From assembly GCA_964016885.1 (NCBI GenBank), contig OZ024747.1:74338001-74402000 (forward strand): 64,000 nucleotides of DNA, written 5' to 3'. The notes beneath the pieces are model-generated. The model did no database searches. It saw only the letters and a program-made list of their open reading frames with translations, and was not told where the DNA came from. Positions 42,697 through 56,494 of this stretch are shown here, piece by piece (within the stretch, counting starts at the first letter, position 1; each line of letters starts with the position of its first letter). The DNA is from Eledone cirrhosa (Eukaryota). The translations under genes and the position numbers were made by a program.

Positions 42697-42811
42697 GCAA
42701 TAATAATAATAGCGACAACAATAATAATAATATACATATTCATATATATATACACACACACGCACGCACATAAGCATAACTACACACACACACACACACA
42801 CACGATAGCAA

Positions 42812-45103
42812 CTAACAGTGCTGCGATCGAATGTGGCTTTTTAGCCCAGCCAATGATCTAAAATGTCTTGCACAGAGTCGGCAACCAAAACTTTTACTGG
42901 GAATAGTCGGCTGTGGTTGGAGTTCGTGTACTTTTGCATGTCGTTTGAGCCCTCCTGCTGATTTACATTCTCTACCACATGTTTGGCAAGCATGATGAGT
43001 AGCATCTCCAACAGCAGCCTGGTAGTCAACCACTGGTCTTACTTTATGACTGCGAAGATGACTTTCGAGTCCAGCTTTGCTTAGGCAGAGTCTCGCACAG
43101 ACGCTGCATGTCAGCACCATAGGAGGACCCTCGCCGTCTGGAAGTGCAACAGCAATGCCCTTCCTCACGTCCCGCTTTACTTTCTCGTGTGCGATTCGAG
43201 ATGCCTCAAAGGCAACTTTTCCTTCATATACAGTTTTTTTCCATTTATTACGATCAGCAGCAACATTTTCCCATGTATCAGCAGAGATGTTAGCGTCTTT
43301 CAGAGAGGCTTTCAAGGAATCCTTATACCTCTTTTTTGGTTTATGTGGCGGTCGTTTTCCTTTAACCAACTCTCCATAGAAGAGTTGTTTTGGTATTCTA
43401 GAAACCTTCATCCTGGCAAGGTGACCACTCCAACGGAGTCATTGCTTAAGCACAAGAGCTTCTATACTGTCACACATAGAGCTTTCCAAAATCTCGACAT
43501 CACTGATGTGGTCCCTCCAGTGAACGCCATGGATCCGTCTGAGACACATCTGATGGAAACGCCCCAATTGCTTAAGGTGGTGTCGATATGTGACCCAGGT
43601 CTCGCAGGCATAAAGAAGACAAGAGAGCACACATGCCTTGTACACCTTTACCTTTGTCCTCCTGCATATGTCTCGCCGACCCCAGAGTCGCTTTTCTAGC
43701 TTTCCGAAAGCATCACTTGCTTTCCTAATCCTAAGTGAGATTTCACTGTCAAGGTTGCCGTATCGATTGACAGTGCTTCCCAGGTAGACAAACTGATCAA
43801 CCACTCCAAGTCGTTTGACATACACATAGATGTTTGGTTCAGTGTACTGCTTACTAGGGGCAGGTTGGTACATGACGACGGTTTTCTTGAGACTGACAGT
43901 CAAACCCAGGGCAGTGCAAGCGTCAGAAAATGCATTCAAAATGTGCTGCATATCACTCTCTGTGTGCGCTACAAGATCGCAATCATCTGCATACAAGAGG
44001 TCTCTTATGATTGATGTAAACACCTTTGTCTTCGCAGCAAAGCGCCTGATGTTAAATATGCTGCCTGAGGTTCGATATCGGATGTAAACACCATGCTCGC
44101 AATTCCTGAATGCAATACAGAAAACCATTGCAAAGTATATGGCAAACAGGGTCGGTGCTGGAATATCCCCCTGTTTCACTCCATTTTTTACTGAGATAGG
44201 CTCCGACATGTTACCTCCGACATTAACCCAAGCCTTCATGTCGTCATGGAAAGACCTAACTAAAGCAAGGAACTTATCAGGGCAACCAAGTTTCTGGAGA
44301 ACCTTCCATAATGCATCTCTGTTGACAGTATCGAAAGCTTTTGTCAGATCGACAAAAACCTGATACAGATCCAAGCCTTGTTCAATGCACTTCTCCTGGA
44401 GCTGTCTAGCTGAGAAGATCATATCAGTAGTGCCGCGTCCATCACGAAAACCAGATTGACTTTCAGGAAGAACACAATCTGCAGTGTGTGTCAGCAGACG
44501 GTCCAGAAGCACCCTACATAAAACTTTCCCTACGACAGAAAGCAATGATATACCTCTGTAGTTCCCACAATCATTCCTGTTACCCTTTTCCTTGTACAAG
44601 ACCACCATTACTGCATCTCTCCAGTCCTCAGGTACGGATTCATTAGCCCATATCCTTCCAAACAAAGAGTGCAGATGTTGCAGGAGTCTCTCACCACCAT
44701 ATTGTAGGAGCTCAGCATGTATGCCATCCATACCTGGAGATATTCCACTGTTCAGCTTCGAAATAGCCACTGCAACCTCCACAAGCGTCGGAGGTTCTGC
44801 GAGAGCTACTTTCACAGGACTTTCTGGAATGAGATTGAGGAAATCTTCACTGACGACAGACGGCTGATTCAAAAGATCATCAAAGTGCTCTCGCCACCTT
44901 CGTAGAATTCCCTGTGAGTCACGAAGAAGTTCTTTGCCATCCTTGCTGCGAAGCGGTGTCACTAGAGAAGAAGACGGTCCATAAACCTCACGCAAGAGAC
45001 TGTACAACAGCTTTGTGTTATTGGAATCAGACGCAGTTTGTATCTCACCAGCCTTCTCACTCCACCACTGATCCTTCATCTGAGAAAGACTCCGCCTAAC
45101 ACG
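42812..45103 (-). pseudogene. RTE ORF 3' part: reverse transcriptase plus three C-terminal C2H2 zinc fingers; one in-frame stop at 43439
   Basis: NYRGISLLS, LPESQSGFR, FVDLTKAFDTV, GVKQG, LLYADD, FVYLGS, KQ*LRWSGH (TGA probably from CGA); CxxC...HxxxH x3. Confidence 0.93.
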
Positions 45104-46200
45104 TGATTGGCTGCTGGAACGTACGGACGCTGCTTGACAGGGATTCCTTGGAGCGTCCTGAACGAAGGACCGCTCTTGTTGCAAAGGAGCTTCGACGTTA
45201 CGATCTTGACATCGTGGCTTTATCTGAGACGAGGTTAGCTGGAGATGGTCATCTTACGGAATTTTGTGGAGAATATACATTCTTCTGGAAAGGAAGAGAT
45301 GAAGGAACCAGAAGAGAGGCTGGGGTAGGATTTGCTGTTAAGACTGTACTTGTGAATAAATTAGAAGAATTCCCAGTAGGGATTAGTGAGCGTCTTATGT
45401 CCATGAGAGTTCCGCTGGACAAAGGAAGATATGCTACCCTGGTGAATGTGTATGCTCCAACTATGAATTCTGTCGATGAAGAAAAACTGTCCTTTTACCA
45501 TGCCTTGAAAGGTGTTCTAAGAAATATCCCTCAGGCAGACAAAGTCATCGTGTTTGGTGACTTTAATGCTAGAGTGGGTAGGGATTTTAACACATGGAAT
45601 GTAATCGGAAGGCATGGGGTGGGAAAGTGTAACAGCAATGGTTTTCTCCTGCTGCAGATGTGTGAGGAGCTGGATCTGTGTGTTACCAACACCATGTTCC
45701 AACAAAAGAACAAATTCAAGACCACATGGATGCATCCTGCATCTAAGGAATGGCATCTTTTGGACTACGTCCTAGTCAGGATGCGTGACAGACAGGATGT
45801 GCAGTGTGTTCGTGTTCTTCGTGGAGCTGAGTGCTGGACGGTCCACCGCCTGGTACGCGCAAAAGTGAAACTAATCACCAAACGTAAAATCCGGGCTCCT
45901 GGTGTTGCCCTGCCCAAAAGATTGAATGCTGCTCGTCTTAAGGATAAAAATGTGAAGAGGACATTGGAAGAAGAGATGCAGGCTGCAGATCTTAGTGAGG
46001 ATTGGCCGACCCTTAAAAAGTCGGTTTATGATGTAGGCAGGCGTGTTCTGGGATTGGTGCAGAGAAAACATCAGGACTGGTTTTATGATGTACATATAGA
46101 AGACTTGTTGGCTGATAAGAGGCGCGCTCTGTCACGCTACTTGACGGCAAAACCACAGGAGAGGAATACGTTGCATGAGGAGCTCAGGGATGTAAAATGT
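45103..46200 (+). pseudogene. RTE ORF 5' part: APE-type endonuclease plus linker, inverted
   Basis: IGCWNVRTL, DIVALSETRL, GVGF, VYAPT, GDFNARVG, LDYVL, TVHRLV (SDH-equivalent); ends LRDVKC at (TA)n. Confidence 0.93.
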
Positions 46201-46246
<46 letters not shown>

Positions 46247-46559
46247 CATCTATATATGTGTGTGGGTGCATATATATATATATGTGTGTGTGTGTGTCTG
46301 TTCCTTTATAAATGATTCTTTAAATCATTGAACTACAAAAGCTGTCTGCGATTTATGTGTGTGTGCGTGTGTATTGGTGTGTGGTGTGTGTGTGAATGTG
46401 TTTGAGTTTGAGTGGCTGAGTGTGTGTGTGCCTATGTGTGAGTATATCCAGAATTTCATAACTATTAACAAAATACAACAACCAGAAACACCAAGTTATT
46501 AATTTTACTGTAAAAGGAATAAACAAAGGCATGGATGTACATGTGTGAGTATATATTAG

Positions 46560-46726
46560 TAATAATTGTTTCTACTTTTGGCACAAGGCTAGCAATTACT
46601 CAGTACATTACTGGTACTTTATTTTATCGACCTCGTAAGGATGAAAGGGAAACTAAGATCGTAAAGGGATGTAACTATGCTGGAAAGCATGTCCGACCCT
46701 CCACCGATACTGCCAATTCACCGCGC
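46560..46726 (-). mobile_element. SINE family A copy with internal deletion
   Basis: Tail and central motif present, B box deleted. Confidence 0.75.
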
Positions 46727-46944
46727 TATCAGTAATAATACATATTCTTATGATTTAAGTTCAAATCCGTACTTTGCCTTTCATTGATCAAAGGGCCGCT
46801 ATAATTATCTCTATTTCACTCCAAAATCACTGGTGTTGTGCCTATGTTTAAAACAATTATCACAATTTAAAGGCCTTTGCCGTTCATTCTAGTACTGTTG
46901 ATAAAATAATGTAGTAGGCAGCGGATTAAAACTTGGTATTCTTT

Positions 46945-47295
46945 CTGAGTTCAAATCTCGCCAAGTTCAACTTTGCCATTAATCCTTTTGAAGTCGATAA
47001 AGTACCTGTCCAGTACTGTAATTGGATATTCCACCCACCCCCTCTCTCTCTCACATACACACACACTCTCTCTCTCTCGCTCGCTCGTGCGCTCTCTCTC
47101 CCTCTCGGTCTCTGGAAGAAATCTCTCTCACTCACTTCTCTCTCCCTCTCGGTCTCTGGAAGAAATCTCTCTCACTCACTTCTCTCTCCCTCTCGGTCTC
47201 TGGAAGAAATCATGTACGTTTTGTCCTGGAGAGAGACGGGCTCCACCAGGTTTTAAAAACCCATGACATGCCGTGTATCAGGATGGTGACCCTGT
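46945..47295 (+). mobile_element. SINE family B copy with internal 44-bp triplication
   Basis: CTCTCCCTCTCGGTCTCTGGAAGAAAT x3. Confidence 0.7.
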
Positions 47296-47799
47296 GATGC
47301 TACCAAGAGTTAAGTGACCTTTACTTTTAATTTATTTACCAGTCATATACTGAGGTCGATATTATCGACTTAAAAAAAGTTGTTTATGTTCTTCCTCCTC
47401 CTTCCAGAACCCCTAATTAATGTTATTAAAGTGTTTGCCCCCAAACTTCAGATATTGCTTATTTTCATTTTTTAATTCTAATATTCTACTAGTTGAGTTG
47501 CTTTTATGTGCCTCTACATTAATCTTGTCAGTTGTTCACTACCTTTGCTCCTTTGCTGTCTTTCATATTGGCTCACTTTTAATTTAGTTTTATGGCTACT
47601 GATCATGGAGATATGTTTTGCAAATTTTCGTTAGTTATTTTTTCAGTTCCACTTAACTTCTATTTATTCACCTTTTCCAGGTAGTTTTTTTTATCTTTAT
47701 CCTAATGTAAAGCCTTTTTACACAGTTTCACGCATTTATAGTTTACAGTTTATTGGTACCTCATAAATAAAGATAATATTTTCTATATTATAAATCCTT

Positions 47800-49800
47800 T
47801 TATAGGTACTTCTCAACATTGTTGCAATTCTACGATCATTACTTTCTAAGAGCTTTCTATGTGTATCAAGTCTATAGCTGCCTGTGAATGTAATAGGTAT
47901 TATCTTATTACATTCAGAAGTACCGACTCTGTCTCTAGTGAATAGTATTATATTTTCTAGCTGCTATTTATTTCTAGTTATAATACTGAAGCTGTAGTTT
48001 ATAACGGGGATATTTAGTGCATCTGTTTATCTCTCGTTTTTACCTATATAAGACTGCTATTCAACTCGAATTTTTAATATTAATCTGATTCACATGCAAT
48101 AACCATTTCCTCGTTATTTTCTTTTATATCTCATATCTGCAGATCTGATCCATTTCATCTTGTTCCAAGTACTTATATCGATGGTTCTCTTCTCAGTCTT
48201 TGATTCTTTCAATCTAAATATCCTTTGACGTTACATTTTCGGTTTTAATTAACTTGTCTATTTTTAGACTATCTTTGGCACATTTTTCACCCTCAACTAA
48301 GTTTAGTTTCAGTTAATTTTATGTACGTCATTTGGTTATTTAGCTGCCTGGTGTTTTTTTTGTATATAGTGTTAATTCATGCATATAGAGGAGATGATTT
48401 ATAGGACAAAATTAACATTTGATACTTATCTTGTTACTTTCGTTAAAAGTTACGTTGCAGCTCCTATGGTGATGATATATTACATCAATATTAATGACTA
48501 TTTTACAATTTATCAAATAATTTAAAATTAAAAGTACAAGTTGTTGTTATCACGACCCTTTCAGAACTAACCGCGGCTCAATTATTCGGTAGATTGGCAA
48601 TATCGTTAGAGAGTCGGACACCATGCTTTGTAGCATAGAGTTACGTCCCTTTATGATCTGAGTTCAAATCCCGCCGTGGTTAACTCTGCCTTTCATCCTT
48701 ACGGGGTCGATAAAATAAAGTACCAGTAATGTACTTGCTGGCCTTGTGCCGAAATTAGAAACAATTATTGTCAAGCATCTCTGGTTCATAGTCTGCAGCT
48801 CAGTTTGTGTCAGGAATCGCTAGTCCATAGTTTGCGGCTCAACTTGTGTCAGGAATCACTGGTTCATAGTTTGCCCACAAGATGTATAATAATCATTCAA
48901 GATTTGATTCAGTATATTTGATATCAGATTTATGTATATTGATATGAATTTTTTTTTTGTGGTTGTTTAACTACAGATCATTGACCAACCCGTTTTTACC
49001 AGTATCGCTTTCCTATTTTCAAACAGTAGAGAGTAATTTATGTGACATTTGGTTGTTATTCATAGAAGGGGGAGCAACCAAAGAAAAACTCCTACATTGA
49101 CTCGTTTCAGAAAAGCAGTGTTTAAACGGAGGGCCTATCATTCCGCTCAAAATATATATTCTATGTCAGGCTTTGGTGTTGTATTCTTATTTCTTTATTG
49201 TAGCATTCTAGATGTTTTCCATTTTAACGTTGTTGATATACTTAGTATTGGAACCGATTTGTTTATGTACAGTGTCTCCAGATGTGGGTTATGTTGTTGA
49301 AAGGGTTTTTTGAGGTAATCAATCCATGCCTTGCTGAGTGATGTTTTTCTTCTTTGTATTTGCTTTATAACTGCTCGTCTTACATATATATGTTCTTTAC
49401 ATCCATATATCCACTTTTGACACCATTCTTGTTCCTCTGGTAAGATATTATTTTCATCCAGATGAGAAACCAATATGCTGGAGAGTAAAGATGCCAGTTG
49501 GTAAATATATTATTGGTGTGTAATTTTAGGAAGAATTAATATTGTTTTCACGAGTCGTGTTGTTTCTGCTCACTTTAGTAACGTTTTGAATGTTGTTACA
49601 ACCGTCCCATGTATAGTTACTAAATACATAATTAGAAATTACGGCTTTTATCATTCCCGGCAGAGAAACAGTTTCTGTTTTCATTATGTTAACTTCCTCC
49701 ACTGGTCATACTGGACCATACATGGATTGTTATTGTCTTTTTATTGTCACTTTCTCTTCAATTACACTTCCTTATATTTGTTCTATATTTAGTTTGCCTC
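47800..49800 (-). pseudogene. Fossil non-LTR RT of R4/NeSL-like (RLE-type) element, interrupted by a SINE
   Basis: NCFSAGNDKSRNF*, HLDENNILPEEQ..C.K..YGCKE, AWIDY.K, YKYLEQDE, ALNIPVINYSFSII in the expected order. Confidence 0.65.
48585..48770 (+). mobile_element. SINE family A copy
   Basis: A/B boxes, central motif, tail. Confidence 0.85.
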
Positions 49801-49889
49801 TACTCTCTTAGTATAATTGGATTTTTTGTCTTATTCTTATATCTTCATTCCAATCCAATGTCTCTTTTGTTGTTGTTATATCAGCATGA

Positions 49890-50190
49890 AGATAATTGAA
49901 CGATTCGTAAGAGCATTAGATTATATGCCTCTGTATTTGTTCCGTCACGGCGCTCTCAGTTCAAATCTCACCGAGGTCAACTTTGCCTTTCATCCTTTCG
50001 AGGTCTATAGAAAAGTATCAGTTTAGTATTGCGGTCGATTCTTCCTCTATAACTCTAACTCACTTCCTCTCCGTCACTTTCTGGAAGGAATCTCCTGTAC
50101 TCAGACCTAGAATGGATTGGTTCCGCCAGGCTTAAAATGCCCAAGAATCGTCGTATGTCAATATGGCGTCCATACGACACCATTAGGAGT
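49890..50190 (+). mobile_element. SINE family B copy
   Basis: Head plus alternative tail. Confidence 0.7.
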
Positions 50191-50619
50191 TGTAAGACCA
50201 CACCATACAATTAACTAGTTTAAGTTCTCAAAAGAAATTTTATCATTTTGCATTTGTATTATGGATCTCTTGTTTCCTTTATTCAACAATTTCCAGCGAC
50301 GTCCTGACTTCCTGAAGTCTACGAAGTATTATTTCTAGAGTCTAATGTGTTTGTATGTTACATTTATTGTGATTTGTTAGGATCTCTGCTTCGTTGTATT
50401 TTCATGTCAATTTAGTTTTCTCTGTTTATCGTGATAAATATTTAATGTGTGACTAATGATATTTTGTTTTATAGTGATTCTGTTATGTATATGCTATATG
50501 AGTTATTCAGAAAATAAATGTAATATCTGCAGAGTGCTATTGAATTGAAATTGGCTTGGTTATAGTGTGGGTTGTTGCTAGATGGGATATTTTTGGACTG
50601 TTTAAGCACTGTTGCGAAG

Positions 50620-50910
50620 ACGCATGGCTTAGGGGTTAGAGCATTGGGCTTGCAATCGTAAGGTGGTGAGTTAGATTTCCGAACCGAGGGGTTCTTTGTG
50701 TCCTTCAGCAAGACACTTTATTTCAGGCTGATCCAGTTTACTCAGATGTCGAAATGAGTTGTAGCGTCACTGGTGCCATACTGTATCAGCCTTTCTCTTG
50801 GATAACATCGGTGGTGTAGAGAGGGGAGTATGGTATGCATGGGCGACTGTTGGTCTTCCACAAAATATTTTGCCCAAGCTTGTGACTCGAAAGGTGAAAC
50901 CTCCTATGGG
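50620..50910 (+). mobile_element. tRNA-derived SINE, second family
   Basis: TGGCTTAGGGGTTAG head, GTGTCCTTCAGCAAGACACTT core. Confidence 0.65.
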
Positions 50911-52179
50911 GTCTTTATAAGTTGTAATCGCTGTTATTTCTTTGTAATGTTTCTGTTCATGTTCTTCTTTTCTAATTATTATTGATATTGTTTACTTTCA
51001 TAGTCCACAACTTGCTTATTTCGCCCATTTTAAAATTCTTGTACTTAACAGATATTTACTTTTTTTCCAGGCAATGTTTTCATCAGAAAGGATCAATATC
51101 TCTACCAGAATTATATATAGTCGCATTACTGACTTTGTTTATGATTTCTAAGTAATCTAGAGTAAGTATTATTCAATTCTTTCTCACTTTGAATAAATGT
51201 TTCATCCATGTAAGGATTTGTGCCATTCCAGTTATGAGGAAAATATTCCATCATTTCCGTGTGTGGTAGTAAATAAACATATACAATTGTTCAAAATATG
51301 TTTTTTCTTTGATAGGAAAGTCAAGACAGAGGAGCAGAAAACATTATTCGAGACAAAAAAATAACAAAAAAATAAACAAATCGGTGAAATAATAGCCATG
51401 CCCCATAGCTTATAGAATGGAAAAGGTTACTAACAACCAGAGCAGCTTTAACGAATACATCATATCTCATATTAGAGTTCGCTAATTAATTACCGAATCA
51501 CACGTATTCATAGAGATGGAACAAACGACCCGTTTCTCAAGCGTTAAGCAGTTGTCAGCCACAATTTCTGCAAAGCTGAGACGATGGTTTATCGCCGCCA
51601 GCTTTTTTCGTGAAGGAAGAGAAGAAGTAAATTAGATTCTGTGAAGCAAAAATCACTCATCCATTTTAGAGTGATACTTAAGATTAGAGAATAAAGCTAT
51701 ACCATCTGAGGTAGCTAATTAGACTTAGGTAATTTAACTTAGATTAGTGGTACCGAACTAATGATAAGTAGCCGCGGACATTTGGATTTAATTGTCTTGC
51801 CCTAAAACACAATTCAGTTCTAGATAATTTATGTCTGGAAAGAATAGGCAGGATTGTCTCGGTTGGGAAGCCTTTCATCATAATGCCAGCTCGATTAGGG
51901 CTGACTTGAAGTTAAACGACATGAATATGAAATTATCGTTATTTTTCTTCCTCCATATATATATATATATATATATATACTAACATAGTACTTGTCAAAA
52001 ATGATGGGATACATTGTCAAATGTTTAATTTGATCATTCCGAGGTTATAACATGTTTGAATCAAAGAGTTTATCTTAATTTTCGTAACCTTCAATCTGCT
52101 GGTGGGTAATGACCGCAACATGGGCCATTATACCATTTGTTCAAGGTCTGTCACTCGACCTGATTCCTATCAAACGTTT

Positions 52180-52440
52180 CGTGGCCTAATGGTAAGGGAA
52201 TTAGGCTTACCATTATATTGTCATGGGTTCAGTTCCTGGACTGGGAGGTTGTGTGCTGTGTCCTTGAGCGAAACATTTCATTTCACCTTGCTCCAGTATA
52301 CACAGCTGAAAATGAGTACCAGCACTATATGGGGGATTAATCCTGTGCAGTGAGGAATCTTGTACTCTCAAACATTTAACCCCATGGAAACTGGGATAAA
52401 CACCGGCCTCATGAGCCTCTGGGATCGAGGCAGACTTAGG
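52180..52440 (+). mobile_element. tRNA-derived SINE, second family (paralogue at 59960-60235)
   Basis: GTGGCCTAATGGTAAG head; shared CAGCT.AAAATGAGTACCAG. Confidence 0.7.
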
Positions 52441-52548
52441 TTCTATTGCTCCTATGTTTACTTATATTCGTATTAGTGCTTCCTGCACTTTACCTGTGAT
52501 TTCATATTCCGTGTCTGCTTCTTTATCTTTCGATATATATATATACAC

Positions 52549-52644
<96 letters not shown>

Positions 52645-52660
52645 ATGTATGTATGTATAT

Positions 52661-52744
52661 TCACTCGTTCAGCGCATCGGTGGGGGTTCTCCTACATGGA
52701 TATAAAGTAGTGGCCGTACTCGAAAACGAGTTGGCAGCCACCAT
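52661..52744 (+). mobile_element. 3'-terminal fragment of the non-autonomous RTE-derived element with (GTAT)n tail
   Basis: Reverse complement of 41794-41875. Confidence 0.85.
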
Positions 52745-53181
52745 GTATGTATGTATATATAGAGAGTATAGAGAGAGAGAGAACATTATAAATAAATACC
52801 AATGAATATGAAATGGATGAAACTTAAAGTAAATATATACAGAAAGATATTACAAAGATACGCTGTTGTCATTTAATAATGAAATATAATTATCAAGAGA
52901 ATTAAGTGTCATTATTCTTGAATTTGAATTATTATGTCTGGTTCTAGTTTTTCTAGCTTTGTTCCGGTTACTTATTCTGTCGCTCTCTGTCTTATTATTT
53001 CTCTGTCCGTGGATATGTCCGTGTGTGCGTATGGGTCGGCTTTTGTAGCGGAAAGCATTCTATCTGAGGTGCTAACGACTCGGCCATTTTGGCGCTTTAC
53101 ATATATACATGCAAAGAGACAGACATATATACATATATACACTCACACAAACACACATTCACTCACACACACACACATGTA

Positions 53182-53222
<41 letters not shown>

Positions 53223-53365
53223 GAACATATTGCGCTCATATTCCATAAGTATCGTAACTCTATTAATTTTATAAAACTAGGACCGATTAATATATATATA
53301 CACACATATATATATATACATATATATATATATGTGTATATATATATATATATGTGTGTGTATAT

Positions 53366-53439
<74 letters not shown>

Positions 53440-53595
53440 TATGGAATGGGGTCACAAACAAACTTTGTAATCTGATGCCAACAACATCTAAACTGGATTA
53501 ATTCTGTTAAACCAGCAACAGATTGAATGTTATGTACTTTTACTTATTGAATTACTGAGAGCAATATATTTCCTCGCACGCACACACACACACAA

Positions 53596-53687
<92 letters not shown>

Positions 53688-54289
53688 GACTTCTACAGGA
53701 CTAGAACTGTTTCATTCGAAGGAAATGATGGGAGATGTATACCTTATATTATATTATATAGCATTGTGTATATCATGTTATATTATATAATATTATATTA
53801 TATTATATAGAAACCATTATATTATATTCCAATTATATTTCTTCGTATATTTGCAGCTACATTATCATATTTTTATCCTGTTAGAGAAACAAAATATGAT
53901 ACGATATTGATTTTCTTTCCTTTTCACTCCCTTCTGTCCTCTCTTGTTAAAATTTTAAATCAGCGTGAAAGCTCACATAATACAAAATACAAGACAGATA
54001 TTTCTACATAGTTATTAGTCACCCTGGCTAATATTTAACTTAAAATCGTTTTAGTGAATATTGTATTTATTTATAAAGTAACTATCTGTTTCTTGAAGTT
54101 GTTGTTCTTATTTTCTAGAAGGACCTGCAATGGGCAGATGGTATCAACAATGGAGAGATAAGAGGGAAATATAATTTCCTTGGTCCGACCTGATGATCGG
54201 TTTCCTTCTTGTTTAACACTTCTCTCTAACCAAATGTGTTTTAGCCCTGTCCATATATTTTATTCAAACGTAGTATAGAACAACGATAG

Positions 54290-54590
54290 GCGGCACATTA
54301 GTAGAGTCGTTAGAACGTCAGACAGAATGCTTTGCGTTATTCATTTCGGCTCTCTACTTTCTGAGTTCAAATCTCGCGGAGGTCAACTTTGCTTCTCATT
54401 CACTGAAGGTCAATAGAAAATACCAGTCCAGTACTGGGGTTGATATATCTTTTTCTCACTTCCATTCTCTCATTCTCTCTATTCTTCTTTGGAAGAAATT
54501 TACTGTATTCAGATCTAGGGAGGAGATGGGACCTGCCAGGTTTTAAAATGCCCTGGAAACGCTTTATGTGAATATGGCGCCTCAATAACC
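54290..54590 (+). mobile_element. SINE family B copy
   Basis: Head plus alternative tail. Confidence 0.7.
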
Positions 54591-55275
54591 CCCACCACCC
54601 AGGATTTATAGGACCATGCATGCAAGATTGAAAAGCAAAGTCGATCTCGACAGAATATGAATTCAGAAGGCAGACAGCCAGAAGAAATACCTCAAGGAAT
54701 TTTGTCTATCCCTGCCCCCTCAGTTTACCACATTAGCTATCTGTCCTTGCACCCTCAGATTACCTCATTAGCTCTCTAATTTAACTATTTATTTTAGAAA
54801 TTAATAACTATAGTTATCTAGTGTGAAAATTATATCGTTTTAGCATTTACCATTTTTCGTCAAATTATCAAAGCGAAACTATATATTTTAGAACATTAAA
54901 CCGTAGATAATGCATTAAACATTAGCTTTATGGAATATAATATCTTTAAATAAACATATATTTAATTAGGTAAAATTATTTAAGCATATCAGAAACGAAA
55001 TAATCTCATTCAATTTGTTAATTGTTTAATTTCCTACAATTCTTGAGATCAAATTCTGCTACAGACATTTTATTTTATCCTTTTTTTTTCTCGTTTCTTT
55101 ATGTGTAGTTTCAGTTCCCTTAGCTGAGGGAAATATATCCCAAATTATCTAGGATTTTAACTCGAAAATTACTGAACATCATTCAATGGAATATTACTTA
55201 TTGCTTCACCTAAAAAATATAAAACTTAAGCTTAGTACTAAAGAAATAACTTCTAGAGCTACGGCAAACACACAT

Positions 55276-55385
55276 ACTGGAGTTGACTGAAAGTTCATGC
55301 TGAAAGTTCATAGGCTGAAAGTTCATAGGCTGACCAGGTTCATGGAATGACCAAATGAGGCTTATTTTTCATCATAATCCTTGGA
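55276..55385 (+). mobile_element. Possible mariner terminal fragment with local triplication of CTGAAAGTTCAT
   Basis: TA-start and GTTGACTGAAAGTTCATAGGCTGACC resemble a mariner TIR (from recall, unverified). Confidence 0.35.
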
Positions 55386-56103
55386 AAGAAACAATGCAAT
55401 TATTAATATGAAGAGTTGAAATTAATGCATGTATATGGCGTTTCTGGGGCATTTTAAAATATGATAGAGCCTATCTCTTGTCCAGTTTTCAGTCATTAAC
55501 TTTGTATCTAAAAACAAAAATCTAGGTGGTCCTGGATGGGATGTTTCGCTTGTCTTCCCTATCACATCTGACCTAGGGAAAGTCACAACAACTATGACAA
55601 AATCATTGTAAAACAACGTTAGGAAAAACAACATTAGTTTTACCTATAAAGATGTTGATGACAAATGTTATTTGACTTCAAAGTCCTGTTAGAGTGATGA
55701 GATAGAATAAATAAAGCGGTGATTTATTTATTTAAATATCAACAAGGTCACAAGCTGATTGGTGTGAAAACTTAACCTTTATTTTCGTAACACACTGTCT
55801 GGAACAAACAGAAATATATTCTGTATTTAGTGACCAATGTTTATTTAAGCAGCATTCTCCCCGTATAATCAATCTGGTTCTATAAACAGCATTAAACCAC
55901 TTATTTCTATTTCCTGAGGTTTCAGGACGAGGGAGAATAAAGGAAAAAAACAACAACACTAGCCTCGTCATGACTAATGGCATTCATCGTTCAATTTACA
56001 CAACAAACTGTTGGCATGTTTGATTTTATATCTCTAATTTTAAGATAGCTGCCAACTCGTGACGTCATTAAAATTGTTCATATTTCCCTTCTAGTTTCCC
56101 GAT

Positions 56104-56170
<67 letters not shown>

Positions 56171-56240
56171 AACACACTCACACATACACACACGCACATG
56201 CTAGCGTGGGAAAATGGACGTTAAACGTTGATGATGTTGA

Positions 56241-56299
<59 letters not shown>

Positions 56300-56312
56300 G
56301 TACATACGTATA

Positions 56313-56494
<182 letters not shown>

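Larger units (their letters stand above)
42432..46200 (-). mobile_element. RTE-clade non-LTR retrotransposon with 5' inversion
   Basis: RT + C2H2 on minus (42812-45103), APE endonuclease on plus (45103-46200), short 3'UTR with (GTAT)n tail. Confidence 0.92.

Noticed and set aside
45103-45184. Divergent overlapping gene pair (EN and RT as separate genes)
   Set aside because: The first ~27 aa of the RT ORF are antisense endonuclease sequence; the arrangement is an inversion of a single ORF.
54185-54210. CTGATGA as a hammerhead
   Set aside because: No downstream GAAA or closing helices.
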